Shown here piece by piece: positions 48,507 through 57,547 of a stretch of 64,000 nt of DNA. Source of the DNA: Planctomycetota bacterium (GTDB lineage Bacteria; Planctomycetota; Phycisphaerae; Phycisphaerales; SM1A02); NCBI GenBank assembly GCA_016872835.1, contig VGYX01000007.1:9184-73183 (forward strand). The letters are read 5' to 3'. Position 1 is the stretch's first letter. Every line of letters starts with the position of its first letter. A program made the translations under genes and the position numbers. The notes beneath the pieces are model-generated. The model had not been told where the DNA came from. It did not search any database and worked only from the letters and a program-made list of their open reading frames with translations.

Positions 48507-48837
48507 GCCCGGATCGAATGAACTGCAGCTGCTGGTGCTGATCGCGCGAACCGAGGAGAGCTTCGATCCGGTGGTGACCGCACTGCTCGACGCGGGCATC
48601 ACGGGCGCGACGGTGCTCGAGAGCCGCGGCATCGGCGCGATCATCCGATCCGAGATGCCGATCTTTGCGGGCCTGGCCGCGCTGCTGCCACAGGCCACCG
48701 GAAGTCGCGTGATCCTGTCGATCGCGACCACCGAACGCATCGCCGCGCTCATGCGCTACCTGGACCAGTTGCCACGCGAGCGCAGGCCGATCGGGGTCAC
48801 GCTGCCGGCGCGACAGGTCCTGGGTCTGGAGCCGTGA
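48499..48837 (+). CDS. PII-like (GlnB-fold-like) small signalling protein, non-canonical
   Basis: 112 aa; the ATG overlaps the upstream gene by 8 nt. The predicted pattern is beta-alpha-beta-(loop)-beta-alpha-beta: LQLLVLIA / ESFDPVVTALLDAGI / GATVLESRG / loop IGAIIRSEMPIFAGLAALLPQATG / SRVILSIA / TERIAALMRYLDQL / PIGVTLPARQV. Confidence 0.5.
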   Translation: MHEPGSNELQLLVLIARTEESFDPVVTALLDAGITGATVLESRGIGAIIRSEMPIFAGLAALLPQATGSRVILSIATTERIAALMRYLDQLPRERRPIGVTLPARQVLGLEP

Positions 48838-50033
48838 ACGCGCTGGCTTCGGCCACCACCCTGCGCGGCTTGCCGGAGGCCATCGCGGCGCTCGCGGTTG
48901 GAGGCACCGCACTGCTGCTCGCGTTCCTGTCGCTCACGCGCCCCGCCGCAAGACTCTCACGCTGGCCGCTTGCGAGCGCCCTGCTGGGCGGCGGATGGAT
49001 CGCGCTGGCGTGCGGCGTCGCGCTGGGGCCGCTGGGCACAGGCCTGCTTCGCCGCGAGTCCGTCGCGGAATTGGAGCCACTTGGCCAGATGTGTCTCGCG
49101 TGGATCGGGTTGCTTGTGGGTATGCAGATGAAGGGCACACTTCTGGCGGCCGTGCCTGCGCCACTGCTTCGCTGGATCACCATGGACGCGGTCGTGAGCT
49201 TCGTCGGCGCGGCGGTGGTGACGTGGTGGGCCCTTCGGACCGCGGCGCCGCAGGTCGACCTGCGTGTGATGTGGCCTCTGCTGGCGATGATTGGCGCTGC
49301 ATCGATCGGCTGGTCCGGCGAGCTGCGGTCGCTGCACGGTCTGGATGCGCGCGCGTCGAGCGTCGCCGCACTGATTCAGGGTGGTGCTGGATTGGCAAGC
49401 GCCATCGCGATCGTGGCGTCCGACCTCGTCACGCTGAAGCCGGGCGGCTCCGCGTCCCTCATCACCACGCTTGCGATCGCCGCGGCGGCGACCGTCGCCC
49501 TTCGCTCCACGCTTGGAACGGAGACCGGCAACCAAGGGCGACTCACGCTCGCGCTTCTTGGAACGCTGGCTCTGGTCGCGGGCGCCGCGGCGCTCGCCGG
49601 CGCAAGCACCCTGCCCGGCGCATTCCTGCTGGGCATGGCGATCACGAACCTTCGCGGCGGATCGATGCGTCGCATGGAGCGACTGGTGGCGGAGAGCGAA
49701 CCCGCGGTGGCGGCGGTGTTCTTCCTGCTGAGCGGGATCATCCTTGGACGAACGCCGGGATGGTGGCCATGGATGATCGCGGGCGGACTGCTGTTCGTGC
49801 GGATCGTCGCCAAGCCCATCGTCGCGCGCATCGCGCTGGGCGATGCTTGGGATCAGCCAGGCGCGCAGCGACTCCGGCCTGCTCCGGTGCGACAGGCACC
49901 GATCGCGGTGGCGCTGGCGGTGGCCGCGCTGCTTGCCCACGACACGGTCGCGGAGCGGGGCTGCCTGCTTGCGCTGGTGCTGTGTGGCTTGGGCAGCGGC
50001 GTCCTTCCGCTGCTCTGGAGGGCGCGATCGTGA
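48834..50033 (+). CDS. Cation/proton antiporter (CPA2, Na_H_Exchanger)-like polytopic membrane protein 1
   Basis: 399 aa; the GTG start overlaps the upstream stop (GTGA). It has 10 or more hydrophobic helices with LGPLGTGLL and LPGAFLLGMAI segments like the CPA family. Confidence 0.6.
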   Translation: MNALASATTLRGLPEAIAALAVGGTALLLAFLSLTRPAARLSRWPLASALLGGGWIALACGVALGPLGTGLLRRESVAELEPLGQMCLAWIGLLVGMQMKGTLLAAVPAPLLRWITMDAVVSFVGAAVVTWWALRTAAPQVDLRVMWPLLAMIGAASIGWSGELRSLHGLDARASSVAALIQGGAGLASAIAIVASDLVTLKPGGSASLITTLAIAAAATVALRSTLGTETGNQGRLTLALLGTLALVAGAAALAGASTLPGAFLLGMAITNLRGGSMRRMERLVAESEPAVAAVFFLLSGIILGRTPGWWPWMIAGGLLFVRIVAKPIVARIALGDAWDQPGAQRLRPAPVRQAPIAVALAVAALLAHDTVAERGCLLALVLCGLGSGVLPLLWRARS

Positions 50034-51397
50034 GGCGCGTACTCGGACTTCTCTCCAGCCTGCTGCTGCTGGTCATTGCAGTGGGATTGCTTCGGGCGTG
50101 GGGCGGCGACAACGAGGCCGGTCTGATGACTCCTGGCGTGCTCGGGGATCTGCCTCGATCACCGGCGACCGGTGTCGGCACGGCGGCACTCTCGCTCGGC
50201 CTGCTGCTCGTGGGATCGTTCGTGCTTGGCGAGATCGTGGCGCTGGCTGGACTGCCGCGGGTGAGTGGTGCGCTGCTGTTCGGAATGCTGACCGGGCCGA
50301 ATCTGCACGTGGTGCTCACGCCACCATTCCCGGCGCTCGTGCCACAGGCGGAACTCGACTATCTGCAGTTCGTCGACGCCCTTGCCGTGAGCCTGATCGG
50401 ACTTGTGGCCGGCGGCGAGATCCGCATCGAGTTCCTGCGACGCTCCGGCAGCATGCTGGCGCGCCTGGTGGCGGCGGAGATGTCCGGCGTGCTGTTGCTG
50501 GTCGGCGGCGGCGTGGCGGCGCTCTCCGGCATGATTCCACTGCTGAGCGAGCGTGGCACCGGCGAGCGCTGGTATCTGGTCGCCGTGCTCGCCGCGATGA
50601 CCGTGGCCAACAGTCCGGCGATCGTGACGGCGATGCTGCGCGAGACGCGCGCCTCCGGACCGTTCGCGCATCTGGCGCTGTCGATCACGGTGGTGAAGGA
50701 CCTCACACTCGTGATCATCGTGAGCGCACTGCTGGCGGCGTGGTCCACCTCGGACGCCGGTGGTGGTGGTGCCGCCGCGTTGGGCGTGGGCTGGCATCTC
50801 GCCGGATCGCTTCTCGTCGGCGCGGTCTTCGCGGCGGTGCTCGCAGCCATCACGCTGCGCACGCGCGGGCGACTGGACCTGCTGGTGGTGGTGATCGGCT
50901 TCTCGATCGCGCTGGCTGGACGCATGCTGTCGATCGCGCCGCTGCTGGCCGGGATCACCGCGGGCTTCGTGCTGGCCAACGCGGCACCCAACCGCTCTCG
51001 GCGCCTCTTCAACTCGATCGACGACCTGCTTCCGGCGACCTACGCCCTGTTCTTCGCGGTGGCTGGCGCGCGCATCGGACTCTCGAGCCTGGCGGCGCTG
51101 TGGCCGTTGGCGCTGGGCATTTCGGCACTTCGCCTGGCGGGCCTCTGGTGCGGCATGCGGGCCGGGTGCGCCTGGGCGGGCGTGCGACCACCGGTGCGCA
51201 CCTGGCTGTGGACCAGCATGGTGCCGCAGGCCGGCGTGAGCATCGCGCTGGCGGCCGAGGCGCGAAACGCCTTCGCCGGTCAACCGTGGGCGGACCTGCT
51301 GCACGCGCTGCTGCTGTCGATCGTGGCGCTGCACGAGATCGTCGGCCCTCCCCTGCTGCGGCTCGGTCTGCTTCAATGTGGCGAGGTCCGACGATGA
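50030..51397 (+). CDS. Cation/proton antiporter (CPA2)-like polytopic membrane protein 2
   Basis: 455 aa; the GTG start overlaps the upstream stop (GTGA). Segments include LPRVSGALLFGMLTGPNL, LIGLVAGGEI and APLLAGITAGFVLAN. Confidence 0.6.
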   Translation: MRRVLGLLSSLLLLVIAVGLLRAWGGDNEAGLMTPGVLGDLPRSPATGVGTAALSLGLLLVGSFVLGEIVALAGLPRVSGALLFGMLTGPNLHVVLTPPFPALVPQAELDYLQFVDALAVSLIGLVAGGEIRIEFLRRSGSMLARLVAAEMSGVLLLVGGGVAALSGMIPLLSERGTGERWYLVAVLAAMTVANSPAIVTAMLRETRASGPFAHLALSITVVKDLTLVIIVSALLAAWSTSDAGGGGAAALGVGWHLAGSLLVGAVFAAVLAAITLRTRGRLDLLVVVIGFSIALAGRMLSIAPLLAGITAGFVLANAAPNRSRRLFNSIDDLLPATYALFFAVAGARIGLSSLAALWPLALGISALRLAGLWCGMRAGCAWAGVRPPVRTWLWTSMVPQAGVSIALAAEARNAFAGQPWADLLHALLLSIVALHEIVGPPLLRLGLLQCGEVRR

Positions 51398-52176
51398 TCG
51401 ACACGCACTGCCACCTCACCTTCTCGCAGTACGACGGTGCCATCGACGCCGAGATCGCGCGCATGCGCGAGGCCGGCGTGCGCGCGAGCATCACGGTGGG
51501 CACCACCAGCGCGGACAGCGTGCGCGGGCTGGCGATCGCCAAGCGCCACCCGGAAGTCTGGTGCAGCGCCGGGGTGCATCCGCTGCACAGCGACGAGCCG
51601 ATCGACTGGAGCACCTTGCGCGCGTGCGCGCAGGATCCGCGATGCGTGGCCTGGGGCGAACTCGGCCTCGACAATCACTACGCCACACCCGTGCGCGCCA
51701 CGCAGCTGTCGGCACTGGAGGGACAACTCGACCGCATCGGTCGTTGGAGCGCCGAAGGGCTGTGCAAGCCGATCATCATCCACTGTCGCAAGGCGTTCGA
51801 CGACCTGCTGCCGATCCTTGAGGCGAGCGGCCTGCCGCGCGAGCGCTTCGTCTTCCATTGCTTCAGCGGCACGCCCGACGAGGCGCAGCGCGTGCTTGAC
51901 TTCGGCGCGTGGATCAGCTTCACCGGCATCGTGACCTACCGCAACGCGCCCGAGGTGCAGGAAGCCGCGCGACGCGTGCCCGCGGATCGCATCATGGCCG
52001 AGACCGACGCACCCTTCCTGTCGCCCGAGCCCATGCGCACCGCGAAGCCAAACCGGCCGGCGCACGTCATGCTGGTCGCGAAGCATCTGGCCGCGATCCG
52101 CGGCGTCGACGAGGCCTCGTTCCTGTCGACGCTGGACGCCAACGCATGCCGCTTCTTCGGGCTACCGGCGGCGTGA
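51394..52176 (+). CDS. tatD: TatD family metal-dependent hydrolase/DNase
   Basis: 260 aa. It starts MIDTHCHLTF, with later HCF, ETDAPFL and similar motifs. There is an ATGA overlap with the upstream gene. Confidence 0.85.
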   Translation: MIDTHCHLTFSQYDGAIDAEIARMREAGVRASITVGTTSADSVRGLAIAKRHPEVWCSAGVHPLHSDEPIDWSTLRACAQDPRCVAWGELGLDNHYATPVRATQLSALEGQLDRIGRWSAEGLCKPIIIHCRKAFDDLLPILEASGLPRERFVFHCFSGTPDEAQRVLDFGAWISFTGIVTYRNAPEVQEAARRVPADRIMAETDAPFLSPEPMRTAKPNRPAHVMLVAKHLAAIRGVDEASFLSTLDANACRFFGLPAA

Positions 52177-52206
52177 TCGCCGCGATGAAGGGCTAGCATC
52201 GATCCC

Positions 52207-53220
52207 ATGGACACAGGCCACCAGGGCGATCGCAGCGAAGGCGCCGTGATGACGCTGGGCGATCATCTGGACGAACTGCGTCGACGCATGATCTGGGCGG
52301 TCGCGCTGCCGCTTCCGGTGGCGGTGATGGCCTTCGCGTGGGCGGAACCGATCCGGACTTTCCTCTGCCAGCCCGCCGTGCACGCGCTGGAGGCGCACAA
52401 CCTGCCCACGCAACTGCAGGTGCTGAGCCCGATCGAGACGCTTGGCACCGATCTGAAGATCGCGCTGGTGACGGCGTTGGTGCTTGGTGCGCCGTGGATC
52501 CTGCTGCAGGTGTGGAAGTTCGTGGAGCCCGGCCTGTACGCGCACGAGCGGCGCTTCGTGCGGCTGCTGCTGCCGATGTCGGCCGCGCTCACGGTGTCGG
52601 GTCTTGCGCTGCTGCACTTCCTGCTGATGCCGATGATGCTGGAGGTGCTGGTGAGCTTCGGAAGCGAACCGCCGCAGCGCATGGAGTCGGCGTCGACCGC
52701 GCAGGTGGCCGCCGCACCCGCCGTCCCCACGCTGCCGGTGCTGCACGAGGCCCCCGCGCATCCTGCGCCGGGACAGGCGTGGCTCACGCCGGACCATCGA
52801 CTCGCGGTGGCGGTGCCCGACGGCGAAGGCATGGTGCAGGTGCTCAGCGTTCCCCTGGTGCAGGGAAGCCGTCTTGCGCAGCAGTTCAGGCTGAGCGAGT
52901 ACCTGGACTTCACGCTGGATTTCGCGCTGGGCACGGCGATCGCGTTCCAGACCCCGCTGATCGTGCTGCTGCTTGGATGGCTTGGTGTGCTCACGCCGCA
53001 GGCGCTTGGGCAGTTCCGCCGATACGCGATCTTCCTGTCCGTGCTGGTGTCGGCGATCGTGACGCCGAGCGGCGACCCATTTTCGCTGGCCCTGCTGGCC
53101 GTACCGATCTACGGGCTCTACGAACTCGGCATCCTGCTGCTGCGTGCGGCACCGCCTGCGGTGGTGGCGCGAGGCGAGGTGTTCTCGCGCATCGTTCGCG
53201 CGGCACGGGGCGGCACGTGA
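52207..53220 (+). CDS. tatC: Sec-independent (Tat) protein translocase subunit TatC with a loop insertion of about 75 aa
   Basis: 337 aa. LGDHLDELRRRMIWAV is the TatC N-terminal motif. Also present are FVEPGLYAHERR and FQTPLIVLLLGWLGVLT. The extra segment lies between TM4 and TM5. Confidence 0.82.
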   Translation: MDTGHQGDRSEGAVMTLGDHLDELRRRMIWAVALPLPVAVMAFAWAEPIRTFLCQPAVHALEAHNLPTQLQVLSPIETLGTDLKIALVTALVLGAPWILLQVWKFVEPGLYAHERRFVRLLLPMSAALTVSGLALLHFLLMPMMLEVLVSFGSEPPQRMESASTAQVAAAPAVPTLPVLHEAPAHPAPGQAWLTPDHRLAVAVPDGEGMVQVLSVPLVQGSRLAQQFRLSEYLDFTLDFALGTAIAFQTPLIVLLLGWLGVLTPQALGQFRRYAIFLSVLVSAIVTPSGDPFSLALLAVPIYGLYELGILLLRAAPPAVVARGEVFSRIVRAARGGT

Positions 53221-53774
53221 GTGGATTCCTTCGCGGCGTGCTGCGACGAGATCGTGCGTGGCTGGATCGCATGCGCCTGCAGCACGCGTGGCTGGAGTCG
53301 CGCGATCTGGCGATGATGCGACGCGCGCTGGATCTGGCACGCACCGCAGCCACCGCGGGCGAGGTGCCGGTGGGTGCCGTGATCTATCGCGAAGGCGAGA
53401 TCGTGGCCGAAGCCGCCAACGACCGCGAGGCGACCCGAGATCCCGCCGGCCACGCAGAACTGGTCGCGCTGCGACGGGCGGGCCAGAAGTTGGGGCGTTG
53501 GCGCCTGCACGACTGCCGGATGGCCGTCACGCTGGAACCCTGTCCGATGTGCGCCGGTGCGTTGGTGAACGCGCGACTCGGCGGACTGGTTTTCGCCGCG
53601 TTCGATCCGAAGGCGGGTGCCGTGGGAACGCTCTACGACATTCCCAGGGATCAGCGCCTGAACCATCGGTTGCCCTGCGCGGGCGGACTGCTGGAACCCG
53701 AGGCGGTCGGCCTCCTGAGGGCATTTTTCAGGCAGCGCCGCGGTTCCAAGGTTTCAACGTCCGAGAATAGTTGA
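53217..53774 (+). CDS. tadA: tRNA-specific adenosine deaminase
   Basis: Motifs are GEVPVGAVI, HAELVALR and LEPCPMCAGAL (the CDA zinc motif). The start is uncertain: GTG 53217 overlaps the tatC stop, and ATG alternatives lie at 53271 and 53313. Confidence 0.85.
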   Translation: MSGFLRGVLRRDRAWLDRMRLQHAWLESRDLAMMRRALDLARTAATAGEVPVGAVIYREGEIVAEAANDREATRDPAGHAELVALRRAGQKLGRWRLHDCRMAVTLEPCPMCAGALVNARLGGLVFAAFDPKAGAVGTLYDIPRDQRLNHRLPCAGGLLEPEAVGLLRAFFRQRRGSKVSTSENS

Positions 53775-53916
53775 TATTTCGTCATCCTTCCCGTCTCTGT
53801 GTGGGAACCGCTGGCGGTGTGCCGGTCGAATCTCACAGTGCGGTGGTCCACCCGTTTTGGGGTGGGGAGCCGCTTCGGCTCCAACTTGGACATAGGGAGA
53901 TAGGAGAGGACTTGCC

Positions 53917-55068
53917 ATGCACATGTCGAGGGAAAAGGGTCGCGCCTCTGGCGCGAACGGTCGTTCGGTACTTGGTACGTCGCTGCCGTGGCTGATCGCC
54001 TCGATGGCGTTCGGCAAGACGGTGCCGTTCACGGCCGGGCAGTTCAAGGTCGAGTCCGGAGCCAGCCCGTCCGCGGCTGCCGCGGTCCACGAGAACGTGA
54101 AGATGCGCTCGCTGACGATCGGCGATCGCACGCTGCGACTGGATGACGGTCGCCAGCGCGCCCCGATTCATGTGCGCGTGACGGAAGTCGACGCCGCTGG
54201 TCAAGAGAGCGCCCCCATCGATTCCGGCGACGCAGCGCCGCTGGCACTGACGCCGGACATCCAGCGTCCGGTCGGCATGTCCGCGCTCGACGCGTTCAGC
54301 AGCTTCGATCTCGGCCGCATGGTGCGCGGCGGTGGGGCCAAGGCGCTCCGCGTGCAGGTCTTCCTGACCATGCAGGAACGCGATGACGACGCGTTCGCCG
54401 ATGACGCGATGCCTGAACTGGTGGTCTTCGGCGGCACGCAGGGCTCGATGCGCGTGACGCCGATCCTGGACGGCAGCCCCGATGTACCTGCATCACTGAG
54501 CTTCGGTCAGGCGCGCGAGATTCCGGCCGATGCGTTCACGCAGGGCCGTCTGCCGATGACCATCGGCTTCACCGGTGACACGGACCCTCAGTCGATCGGT
54601 GCGGTGGGTCTGGATCTGTCCGGCGACCTGGGTGTCGGCCCCGGCAAGTCCGTCGTGGGCTATCAGATCGACCTGCCCGCGGGCTCAAGCGCCCCGGTGA
54701 AGGTGCTTGCCAGCGGCGAGGTGGAATTCGGCGCCTACGCCAACTTCGCGGATGTCTCTTCGGTGCTGGCGAAGGCGGCTCTCGGTCAGTTCGGCTCGGA
54801 CAATGCGGCGCTGGACTCGGCAGAGGACGCCGCGACGAGGATCATCGGCCCGGTGTTCATGGGTGTGGGGGATGGACTGAAGACGCCGGCGTACGACCAA
54901 CTGCCGCTGAACGCGTACACCGCCCCCGAAACGAAGGGCTTCGAGGAAACAGGCTCGCGCCGCACGCCACCTCCACCACCTCCGACGCCGGTCATCCCTA
55001 CGCCTGGCGCGATTGCGCTTCTGGCGCTGGGCGGTGTGTGCGCTGGCCGACGCCGTCGCTCCGGGTGA
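53917..55068 (+). CDS. Secreted protein of unknown function with a PEP-CTERM-like C-terminal sorting signal
   Basis: 383 aa. AGGAGAGGA lies upstream of the ATG. The C-terminus has a poly-Pro linker (RRTPPPPPPTP), then VIPTPGAIALLALGGVCAGRRRRSG: a P-x-P motif, a hydrophobic helix, then an Arg cluster. Confidence 0.6.
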   Translation: MHMSREKGRASGANGRSVLGTSLPWLIASMAFGKTVPFTAGQFKVESGASPSAAAAVHENVKMRSLTIGDRTLRLDDGRQRAPIHVRVTEVDAAGQESAPIDSGDAAPLALTPDIQRPVGMSALDAFSSFDLGRMVRGGGAKALRVQVFLTMQERDDDAFADDAMPELVVFGGTQGSMRVTPILDGSPDVPASLSFGQAREIPADAFTQGRLPMTIGFTGDTDPQSIGAVGLDLSGDLGVGPGKSVVGYQIDLPAGSSAPVKVLASGEVEFGAYANFADVSSVLAKAALGQFGSDNAALDSAEDAATRIIGPVFMGVGDGLKTPAYDQLPLNAYTAPETKGFEETGSRRTPPPPPPTPVIPTPGAIALLALGGVCAGRRRRSG

Positions 55069-55072
55069 TCAC

Positions 55073-56362
55073 TCAGGACTCGGTGACATCCGACGTCTCG
55101 AAGATCTCCGCCAACACTTCCGTGGCGTAGCCCCCGCGCGGCAGATCGAACGCCAGCCGCACGAAGGCGCCATGCTGATCCACGCCGGACTCGACCTCCG
55201 CGCTTGACACGCGCATGCGCAGGCTTCGTCGTTCACCCTCGGGCGCGAGCGCGGACGCCGCGAAGCGGTCGACATCGACGCCGGTCCCTGCGGCGACGGA
55301 CCGCTCCAGTTCCGCCGCCTCCTCCTCGCTCGGCATGCCGGTCGCGCCGATCATCGGGCCTGTGGGCGAACACTCGAAGGCGTCAACGCGTGTCGCGAGC
55401 GTCTGCGCCTCCTCGGGTCGCGCCAGCATCGCCCCAGTCACGCGGAACAGGGAACGCCCCGGATGCAGGTTCGCCACGTCGCCCGGGATGAATCGGTTGA
55501 AGAGCCCTCGCTCCATGCGCGCCGAAAGCACCGCGTTGAAGACCGCGCTCTGGACGGCGTTCAGCCAGAATGATCGCGTGGGACCACGCACCGACAGCAC
55601 CGCGGAGCGGGCGGATCGACCCTCCGCAAGGGCTCGGGTGACCGCGCGCTCCGCGAAATCGCCTCGCGCCCACAGCGGCACGCTGGCCGCGTGGTCGCCG
55701 GCGGCGAATCGTTCACGAGCCTCTCGCTGCGACTCTGGGAAGGGTGAACCTGACACGCCTGCGAGTTCCTGCAGCAGCTCCTCCCAGCGTTCCTGCGCCA
55801 GCAGCGATCCCAGCACATGGCTGTTGCGACGGTGTCCGAAGCGCTGCACGCCATAGGCGTTGGGGGCCCCCACGCGCTCGAGTTGCCGAATGGCCTGCAG
55901 CACGCGCGGCGCCGCAAGCGGATCCGTCTGACGCACGCGGATCGAGAAGCGGTTGCCTCGGAGTTGGCCCGGGCGCAGCTTGCCATCGTGCCGCCGCGTC
56001 CAGAGCACCTGTATGCACGGATGCTCCAGCACCGGCGGATCCGGAAGGCCGGGCAGATGCACGGACACCGTCTGTCGCGTGACCGCCTGCCGATCCTTCA
56101 TGCCTGCATGGCCGATCGCGCCCTCACGCACGCCGCAGTGACGCGCGAGCACGCGCACCATCTCGTCATGCGTGAGACCCGACTTCTGGATGCCCATGTG
56201 CAGATGCTCGCCCTGCCCGCTGGGCTCGATGAGTGGAATCTCGTCGACCAGAAAGTCCTCGGGACGCTCCTTGATCACGCCGCGCACGCGAGTCGTGGTC
56301 ACGAGACGGCATGTGAGCAGCGGACTGCCGAAGGCGGACGTGCTCACGCGAGAATCTCCCAA
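55073..56362 (-). CDS. truD: tRNA pseudouridine(13) synthase
   Basis: 429 aa. IKERPEDFLVDEIP lies near the N-terminus, and the GMKDRQAVTRQ motif carries the catalytic Asp. The start is uncertain because of a 19-nt overlap with the upstream gene. Confidence 0.82.
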   Translation of the reverse strand: MGDSRVSTSAFGSPLLTCRLVTTTRVRGVIKERPEDFLVDEIPLIEPSGQGEHLHMGIQKSGLTHDEMVRVLARHCGVREGAIGHAGMKDRQAVTRQTVSVHLPGLPDPPVLEHPCIQVLWTRRHDGKLRPGQLRGNRFSIRVRQTDPLAAPRVLQAIRQLERVGAPNAYGVQRFGHRRNSHVLGSLLAQERWEELLQELAGVSGSPFPESQREARERFAAGDHAASVPLWARGDFAERAVTRALAEGRSARSAVLSVRGPTRSFWLNAVQSAVFNAVLSARMERGLFNRFIPGDVANLHPGRSLFRVTGAMLARPEEAQTLATRVDAFECSPTGPMIGATGMPSEEEAAELERSVAAGTGVDVDRFAASALAPEGERRSLRMRVSSAEVESGVDQHGAFVRLAFDLPRGGYATEVLAEIFETSDVTES

Positions 56363-56979
56363 CCGCGCAGCGCCTCACGGATCTGCGGGACGGTCTCCTG
56401 AAGCGGATCGATCTGCCGCACGCGCCAACCCGCCGCGCGGGCCGCGGCACAGTTCTCGGGAAGGTCGTCGAAATAGGCGATCTGGGTGCCGGCGCGTCCG
56501 ATGGCCTGCTCGAACGCCTTGAAGATCCGCGCCTCGGGCTTCACGAGCTGCATCAGGTGCGATGCGTGCCGGTGATTCAGGCGCGCGAAGAACGGCATGG
56601 GCTCCATCTGCCGCCAGTGCACGGCGTTCGTGTTCGACAGGCACGCCGTGGGAAGGCCGGCCTGCTGCAGCTCTCCCAGCATCTCGCTGACACCTGTGTA
56701 TTCGCCCAGGATCCACGCATCCTGCACCGCCGCGACGTGTTGGGGAGGAAGCTCGGACCCCACGCACCGCGAGAGTTCCGCGCAGAAGATGCCGTGCTCG
56801 AGTTCACCGCGCTGATACAGCGACACGAGTTCGCGAACGCGCGAGGGATCCACGGCAGCGGGGTCCGCTGTACGCGGCAGTCCCGCAGCGTCGCATCCCT
56901 CATGCCAGGTCTGGCAGATCCGCACGAGCACGCCACCCAGGTCGAACGCGACGAGCACGCCACCACGCGACGCGCTCAC
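56344..56979 (-). CDS. HAD superfamily hydrolase
   Basis: 211 aa. Motif I is VAFDLGGVLV, there is an LSNTN motif, and the distal motif is FDDLPENCAAARAAGW. There is an ATGA overlap with the upstream gene. Confidence 0.75.
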   Translation of the reverse strand: MSASRGGVLVAFDLGGVLVRICQTWHEGCDAAGLPRTADPAAVDPSRVRELVSLYQRGELEHGIFCAELSRCVGSELPPQHVAAVQDAWILGEYTGVSEMLGELQQAGLPTACLSNTNAVHWRQMEPMPFFARLNHRHASHLMQLVKPEARIFKAFEQAIGRAGTQIAYFDDLPENCAAARAAGWRVRQIDPLQETVPQIREALRGWEILA

Positions 56980-57446
56980 GCTTCGTCATCCTCGTCGTCG
57001 GGCTCCTGCTCGGGCCCGATCTCGGGCACCGGCCCGGAACCCGCGGCCGCCTCGGACGAGGCCTGCTCCAGCACGTCCTCCTCGACGAGGATCGGCGCGC
57101 CCTTGGCAACGCCGAGCGCGATCGCGTCGGATGGGCGCGAGTCCACCTCGATCTCCGCGCCGTCCCGGCTCAGCACGAGCCGCGCATAGAAGGTGCCCTC
57201 GCGCATGGCGTGGATCTCGATCCGAAGCAGCGTGGCGCCGAGCGCGTCGATCACCGACGCAAGCAGGTCGTGCGTCTGCGGACGTGGAATCTCGATGCCC
57301 TTCAGGCGCCGCTCGATGGCGAAGGCTTCGGGCAGGCCGATCACGATCGGAAATGTGCGGTCGCCGCCGACCTCGCTGAGCTCGATGATCTGCATGTCGG
57401 TCATCTCTCGGATGAAGATTCGCGACAGTTGCATGGCGACTTGCAT
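56976..57446 (-). CDS. Bifunctional nuclease family protein (DUF151/BFN)
   Basis: 156 aa. FPIVIGLPEAFAIERRLKGIEIPRPQTHDLL...TFYARLVL...VDSRPSDAIALG matches the BFN family pattern. An acidic C-terminal tail is present. Confidence 0.78.
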   Translation of the reverse strand: MQVAMQLSRIFIREMTDMQIIELSEVGGDRTFPIVIGLPEAFAIERRLKGIEIPRPQTHDLLASVIDALGATLLRIEIHAMREGTFYARLVLSRDGAEIEVDSRPSDAIALGVAKGAPILVEEDVLEQASSEAAAGSGPVPEIGPEQEPDDEDDEA

Positions 57447-57547
57447 GGGAGCCTCGACGAGGATGGTAGGACCCGCCCCATCCTTTCGCCCTGTGGTCGG
57501 CTACCATATTCACTTTCCGTCGCATCCCACACTCCAAGGAACACGCC

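Noticed and set aside
57447-57547. SAM riboswitch upstream of metK
   Set aside because: The 101-bp leader is short, and I could not find the conserved SAM-I/SAM-II core elements or a terminator/anti-terminator pair. This needs an Infernal scan to be certain.
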